A stretch of DNA of 56,034 nucleotides. Origin: Catajapyx aquilonaris. Its lineage: Eukaryota. Below are positions 49,101 to 56,034 of the stretch, piece after piece. The stretch lies in contig JYFJ02002484.1 of NCBI GenBank assembly GCA_000934665.2, forward strand, positions 1 through 56,034, in the 5' to 3' direction. A model generated the notes under the pieces. It was not told where the DNA came from and did not search any database. It saw only the letters and a list, made by a program, of their open reading frames with translations. How positions within the stretch are numbered: the stretch's first letter is position 1; each line of letters starts with the position of its first letter. Made by a program: the position numbers and the translations under genes.

Positions 49101-52016
49101 ATACTGGCCCACACAGACCCGTTTTTCTCTTTCAAAAAAAGAGAAGACAGTACCGGTATTAAAAATTTGCAAAATTTTTACAAGTGTTATTTCGACAAAG
49201 TTTGCCCGAAGGTTATGTTTACGTAAGAATACCGGCCACGCACGTAATTTGAACATGCCTGGTAATCAAGGCAGAATGAAACCAACCTCGCCCAATTTTT
49301 TTCTCCCTGGTCCCAGCCAAAAGCAGCGGCGATGAGAAATTTTCTGAATGAGTAAACAATTCGCTCGCTTAGGGCATTTCCCCTGCTCTTTGATCTCGCT
49401 CCATCGATTAGCCCTTGAGAACTAACGAAACTATAGCCTTTTACCATTTTCCCCAACCATACACACCCTGTAGAAACCGGCCATTACCTTTTGTTCCTTT
49501 CTTTCGACTCTTTTTTTTGACTAGGCGTGGAATCACACGCCAATAGCTGGGTCTCCCATTTGCATCAATTGATCTGCCGTCCAATGGCACTTGTTTTCCT
49601 GGCGAAGAGGCTCTAGTGCAATTGGCTGATCTTCACCGCCAAAGTGACTGCGGGGCTCAATTGTTCCCACTTAACACCGAGGCTGAGTAGTCCCAACTCA
49701 CAATTGCTGCCTAATTGCCTCAGAGTGTTCTGTTTAAAGTGCGGGGGTCCAACTATAGATCTCTCCACTGCGGTGCTGCTGCTCTGCCTCCCCCAAAACT
49801 CTACACCGCTACCCCCCTCTCCTGATGTCATGCCCACTGACACGTACTGTAGCAGGACTATACAGAGAGAAGGGGGAGCTTCGTAATACGGAAACTCATT
49901 TGGCTCCGGGTACTCTCGATATAGAGGAATTTATGGGCAGACGCATTCTCTTTTTGGGGGAGGCCTGACGGGCAGTGTGGTTGGTCTAATTGGAGGAATC
50001 GCCAGACGTGTTGATACACTTTTTAGGCATAGGTTGGGGTAGAGTTGAATTGGTTACTGACCACTATCGACAATAATGTAGATCAGCTGAGAATGTTTGA
50101 TTCGGACTTAGTTCTGACTCCAACGCTAGTATAGACATGTACGAAAGTATGGCTGTAACGCGTCTGAAAAAGGTTTAGGTCCGAATTTTGTGGAGCAATT
50201 TGAAACTGCATAAAGTGGGTTCAAAGCAAGAGGTGGCTATTTCATAGACCTAAAAACGCACAAAAAAATCTCTAATGCATCGTTTTACAGCCAACGTCCC
50301 TCTTTTGCAGCAATATAAAAAGTACACTTGCTGCAGTACAGTATATGCAATGTTCTACTGGTCAGACCAATAGATACCATTTGCATGAAATAATCCTTTA
50401 ATGACTACCCTATCGTAATAATTACAGCAGGAATAAATCTGACCATGGCCTAAACCCAGTTGACCCACATCAGAGCGGGCCAAATTACACTTTCATGCCC
50501 ATTATGACTTGGCTGTCAGCCTCACCTGACTTAAATGAAATCATATTCTCCCGCACCGTGCATGCACGCCATCGTCACCAGAGTTCGCGCAATTAATTTT
50601 TCATCTGCTTGCCCCCCCTCCCATCACAAAATACTTTAAAAACCCGCCCCGTGGTTTTGCTCAACTCCAGTTTGAGGCCCAAAAGTAACGCCAAGTTGAC
50701 CTTTTCAACGCACGTAAAACCAAAGAAAGAACCAGGCTTCCAGGAAGCCACACCCTCTGCATAATGAATGCAGATTGACACGTGAGGTCACACTTATGGC
50801 GACGGTAGAAGAGTCGCAGGAACAAAATGTTGGTACCCACAATATGATCAACCTGAGCAAGATCAATTAAGACCTTTCTGCCATCCTTCCCCATCCGTTC
50901 CGGCTACGACTTTATATATTGGGCGCGTCCTTAAAATGCCAACCGTGCCAAGATGATCAAGTCTTCAAGCCCAGGCAGACGTCAAAGCTTTGGGTTCCCT
51001 GGGAATCACTGCCCTCTGGAGAGAGAGAGTCCCCATTTTTAGGACGGGGGGGCTGGATTCACCTACTTTCCTTTGCTCTCTCACAGGATCGATTCTGTAG
51101 GCAAATTACGTTCTTAAATAAAATTCCATGTTGGGCTTTATGGGGGGCGCTACAGTGTTGCCATATATAGGGAACGACCGGTTGCACCAGGACTTGAAAA
51201 AGAATTTCCAGCCGAAATATTTTTCTGGAGACCTAATGAGTACATATGAGTGAATTTTTTTCGGTGCTGTGCCTGCAGCCGGTGTGTGTGTGTATACCTA
51301 GCAGCAACATGGATCAAACGGTGGCCGTAATTACATACCGGGCTAGACCGCAGAAAGCCTCGCCTGTCGACCGCATTCCTGGCGACGACAATAAGCGACA
51401 TACAGGACAAAACAGGTCTGCAATTCCGGGCTCGGTCGGACAAGTTGATACTCTGAATGGCGTCGCTGGACACCGTGATAGGTATGCAATTTACTTGGAC
51501 ACGATGACCACATCCATGAGGTCGAGTTGGGTCATCCGAACTCCAGAAAAAAATAGATTGTCGCCAATTAATTAATTTCCAGGCAGTCTTAACAATGAAT
51601 ATTTTTGTCCAGACCTCCAGACACGTCATTCTGCCAGTCATGGAACCACCTTGCTTATAGGCCACAAGCACAGCTGCAGCCTCCTGAGAAACTCTTCTGC
51701 GGGAAGATCGAAATGCTTCAGAAGAAAAAAAAAAGTCGGAGAATACGTGCCGTCATTCTTCAGACCCCCCTTTTTTCTCTCCACCTTTTCTTATACCGGC
51801 ACATATTTTTACTCCCCACTTCTTCCCCCTTTTTTTCCTCCTCCCACTTATTTTTTTTTCCTTAACGGGAGTCAGTTCCGGTATGACGACTCATTGGAAA
51901 GCAACCCCGCCGGAGAACCAGAAAAAAAGAGAAACTGGGGAAGAAAAGAAAAACACGTCTGCTGGAAAATCTGCAACAGATGCTGCAGCTCCCTTCAATT
52001 CTTCCAAGTGTGTATA

Positions 52017-52158
52017 CAGGGTGATCCAAAACACTAATATGGCTATTGTAATCAAGCTGGTTATTTTATCAGAAAAAAACGAATATGGTGACTGATAAAT
52101 AACAGTAACTGGTACAATATAAGCAGCTTAGTGGCGACAAATGTTTTGGATCACCCTG
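52017..52158. mobile_element. 142-bp non-autonomous MITE, Tc1/mariner type
   Basis: Perfect 17-bp TIRs CAGGGTGATCCAAAACA (52017-52033) and TGTTTTGGATCACCCTG (52142-52158). TA on the left and TG on the right (possibly a mutated TA target-site duplication). AT-rich non-coding interior. Confidence 0.8.
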
Positions 52159-52620
52159 TGTGTATGTACCGTACCTTCAACTTTTTTTTCCATCTCTCTT
52201 CCAGCAATTACGAGCCAGAGGATGTTTCAAGTGATTCGGAAATCCCTCTTGTTAGCCGCTGTGGATATCAGGCGACAGGACGCCCATCGTTCATTTGGAG
52301 TGGGTTATTACCCCAAAAAATCCCTTTCCCATCATCGCCCGTCTGTCCGTTCTTGGAGCCAGAGGGGGGGAAAAAAAGGTCGGGTAAAGTTAGGAAAAAA
52401 ATTCTTCTGGTCCGATACTTTTTTTCGGTACCAACCCTCCCCCCCCCCTCCCCCCGACGGATTGGAGCGACACGATAATAGCAAACCTCGGGACAGGCTT
52501 AAAGGGGCTCGTCTTTTCTGGGACAAAATAATTGGCAAGCTTACCATGCAAGTAGGTATAAGTCACGTCTATTTTGACTGTATTGCGCCTCGGAGTTCTT
52601 GACGGTTTAATTTTCGAATA

Positions 52621-52691
52621 ATAGGTAAGGGAAGGTAAGGTTAGGGTAAAGTTAGGTTAGGTTAGGTTAGGTTAGGATAGGTTAGGTTAGG
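52621..52691 (+). repeat. Interstitial (TTAGG)n telomere-like repeat
   Basis: Seven TTAGG plus one ATAGG at 52652-52691, preceded by degenerate units ATAGG, TAAGG, GAAGG, TAAGG, TTAGG. TTAGG is the ancestral arthropod telomere motif. Confidence 0.9.
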
Positions 52692-55600
52692 TGCATTCTG
52701 TGCATTTTGTAGACCTACAATTAGCCTATATTAGTTTGCACGATGGTGCATTCGTCCAATTTTGAGCCTATAGTCTGTGAATATTGACAACTTGGGCAAG
52801 TTTCGCGAACATGCTATGTCCTGTAACATATTCCCTTCCTGCAGTACTAATGGAAGCCACTTAAAACGGAATGACGAGTAAATGAACAGCTCGGCAAGAA
52901 ATTTTCCACGTCATTTCCTTCCTGCCTTCAAAAAAAAATCCCTCTCGCGTCTGATGCCATTTAAACATCTGCTTAAACTTTGCAATTCGTTCACATCGCT
53001 AATTGTAATTGGATAAACCGGCAGCTTAATCAGTAGAACACACAAACAGCCGGAATGGCGGAAGAGGAAGTCGGAGAACCTTCGCCTTTTCCCAGGTGAG
53101 ACGGATGAAAAGCCAGCTGTGAACTCCCTTTCCGGAGGCAAAGGATTCCTCCCAAGTGTGGGTGGTGGGCTGCAAAAAAAAAACTTCGAAAAAAAAACCA
53201 CCCGAAAAGCCTAGGGGAGATGTGGAATGAGAAGAAGCGGCTTTGAGACTGGAATCCACCGAAGGGAAAATTACCGTCTCTTGAGGAAAGATACACGAGT
53301 ACAATAACCAATCCTCCTCGTGAGAAGCGCCTCTTTTTATACTCCCCCAACTCCCCAGTATATCACAGGGAGAAATTGCAACCGAATACGTATATCTATA
53401 TCATAAAAGGAGTCGCTTTGTGGCGCGCCTGCCTCAACTTGGCGCCGAAATATATATGGCTCCCGCTAGGATAAGAATACAATAACCCTGAAAGCAGAAG
53501 CACTAGTGGGAGACTAGAGCATCAGGCTCCTTCAGACCCCATAAGTCAGGCCGATTCAGTCCCTTTTAAATGGGCGCCGACACCAGGCCCAATTTCTTAT
53601 GCAGTCTGCGATATTAAGACGCACAGCTTCTCTTGTAGTACCTTACATTGTATGCTTTCAGTGCATTACGAGAAAGAGCGTCCGATTAGAAGAGTGTTAG
53701 TTCTAATCACTGGTCGGGAGACAGGTCTTTCCAGGAAAGAAAGGGAGCTCTGAGAGAGAATATGGGGAGAAGTGGACGAGTCGAGAAAAGTAAACGGTCA
53801 GTCAGGAGTGGTCTGCAGTATAAAGAAAGAGGAAAAAAAGTCGACGAAGGAAACAAGGGAAAGGTTTGTGTCCTTAGAAGTGGTATTAAAAGGCTGGCCG
53901 GGACTCCTGAGACTCGCGCAGGAGAGAGTTTCAATCTGACCGTCCACAAACCTGGTGACGATCCGTATAAATAGTGTGCTCAAGTGTACCAGTACAATAT
54001 GTTCAAGATATTGGTTGGGAGCAACAATTGTTTATGCAGAGTACTATAGCATACATTTTCATGTGTTCAGCTGCATATGGCTACACCGGACATGCTCCAA
54101 AACTTACATCATTATGCAGAGTTGAATGCTGAATACTGATCAGCTGATATAACCTTCCGCTAACTGTTTAATGTAACTCCCCATTGCTATCTTATCTCCC
54201 GTTTCATATTCAGCACAACATAATTTTGTCGATTTAGTTAATCAAGCTTGCATTTCTTGAATATTTGAGGGGATATTATGTACACTCCATTTAGCACAGT
54301 ATGCTCATTCAAAAGTGACTGTCACAGCAGTCTGTGTCATAATGTGGGAAACTAATGCTCTTTATTTATTTTTTAAATTATAAAATAATGATGTTTGGAT
54401 AAAGGCATCACTTCAAGTAGCCATAGCCTACACGTACATCTCTACTTGCGGTACTTCAACAGCTTATGACACAAGTGCACCTTCGAGGCAGGTTTCATCT
54501 CATGCAATAAGCACACGCAATGTCTGCAGGTCTGCAAGTGTCTGTGTACCTTTTCCGGTAGTAACGTATATACTTATACTGTAGTTACGAAGCCTGTGTC
54601 TTGAGGATTAATAATTAAGCTGCTCAAAACTGAAAGCACACGAGGCGTTGCCTTCGATGTACTCGTAGTTTGGACGCCTTTGAAGCGGAATTAATCATCT
54701 CAATCTAATAAACTATTACTCGCATGCGTGCCCTACGGTAATGTATAACTTGCTGATGCTGTGGTCTCTTTGAAAAGCATAGGCCTACATTTTTTCGTGT
54801 AAATGAAGGACGCGAATGAACGACGATAATGACACGAACGACATCTTGGTAATGATTCCTTGATTCCTTTCACCGGAGTGAAGTTAAGAGAAAAAAAATG
54901 AACAATAAAGGTTCATGCGATATACCCCGTAAGGGGTGAAAGCATTACCCACACTTATTATATTATCATTATATTATTACCCTTTGCTGCGATATTAGAG
55001 TAAATTCTTCCAGAAAGCAGCATTGATGTCATTGTAGTGTTCAAAATGTGACTTTTCATATTATTTCATTTATTATAAAACCTATAATATTGTAACAATA
55101 AAATTATACTGGATGTCTCGTACCAGTTGCAGACTATAAGTTGCCACTCAGAATCGCTTTTCTAGCTCAAAAAAATCATGTAGTTGTCCTCAATTTCACA
55201 AAAATGGCTCCATTGCCATCCTAAAAGATGTCCAAAGTAGGCCTACTAGGAATAATACGAAGGCATGTAAGCCCTGCTACTGCCACTGCTGCGAGCCAAA
55301 ATTCGGGGATAAAGTGGAACCCACTTTTCTTGACCCAATGAGCTTGTTGAATTCATCTCCTCCAGTTTCATTACAAATAAAAGTGAGATTGTGTATTATT
55401 TTCCCTCCTCCGCTGATAGATTATAATAATTATTCTGATTAACTGCAGCCTACAATAATAATTATTGATACAAAAATTTGTATACATGGAACGATGTAAG
55501 CGAAAAATAGGCTTCCGCTATATCATAAGGAGACTAGTTATTTGTGCCAGGTGGAACAGTTGTTGCAAGCAGTGTAACTATGTTGCCTTTCAGAGATTCA

Positions 55601-56034
55601 TAAAAACATATTTTCAGAGCTCAAAGGTGTTTAGTGCACAAACACGACTGCTGAACATATGAAAAATAGAGCACGTACTGCAGCTGAGACATTATTGCAT
55701 CCTCTTGTTAGTATGTTTGCGAAGACAATAATAAACCATGTATATACGACGTCATGTGCTTGTACTATCAGGGTCAAAAAGATTGTCGGACTGTTATGGA
55801 ATCGTCCGCGACTTTTTCTCCCGCCAATCAGTGTGCCAGGTGCAGGTGATTTGGGCGAGTGCCATCGACAGCTTTCCTCCCGCGACCTTATGACACGTGC
55901 TCGAATTTTCATCGGTGGGGGGGAGGGGGGGTGCTGATTAGGCGAGGAAGGGGCGATGGTGGGAGTATTTTGGGTGGTGGTAAGCGGGGAGGGGGGAGAG
56001 AGAGATAAACACGTGAGAATGCAAGGCAGATAAA

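Noticed and set aside
51150..51671. Overlapping 173-aa (-) and 109-aa (+) ORFs
   Set aside because: No recognisable homology or convincing splice signals; cannot be supported as a nested gene.
1..56034. CRISPR array, tRNA/rRNA, transposase or reverse-transcriptase ORFs, operon-like system
   Set aside because: No regularly spaced repeat-spacer array, cloverleaf, rRNA-like segment or long enzyme ORF was seen; the window reads as eukaryotic intronic DNA.

Overview
Eukaryotic genomic DNA, probably arthropod (interstitial TTAGG repeats), and almost entirely intronic. The minus strand carries three GT-AG coding exons: 40032-39958 (75 nt), 36620-36549 (72 nt) and 10517-10308 (210 nt). They splice in frame (all phase 1) into an acidic linker plus PDZ1 of a GRIP-family glutamate receptor-interacting scaffold: xDDPDMPSPSAEETAEDEFGAGELM/GERRGTSVVELLKKDGCTLGLIIS/GGTDKGCRPQILNLRPGSIASRSDALAVGDYLVAVNGIRTTGLRHDEIVNLLRGAQDRVMLEVEYQMPSS. 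The supplied ORF track shows none of them in the coding frame. PDZ1 is split by a 26 kb intron. No PDZ2 exon and no confident first exon were found in the window. Notable non-coding structure: (i) a stem-loop placing the 3' splice site of the 210-nt exon at its apex; (ii) three candidate in-frame cassette or micro-exons (15, 33, 60 nt) that would insert into the PDZ1 betaB-betaC loop; (iii) a 100-bp near-perfect palindrome; (iv) a 142-bp Tc1/mariner-type MITE with scattered related termini. No prokaryotic-type system, CRISPR array or RNA gene was seen.
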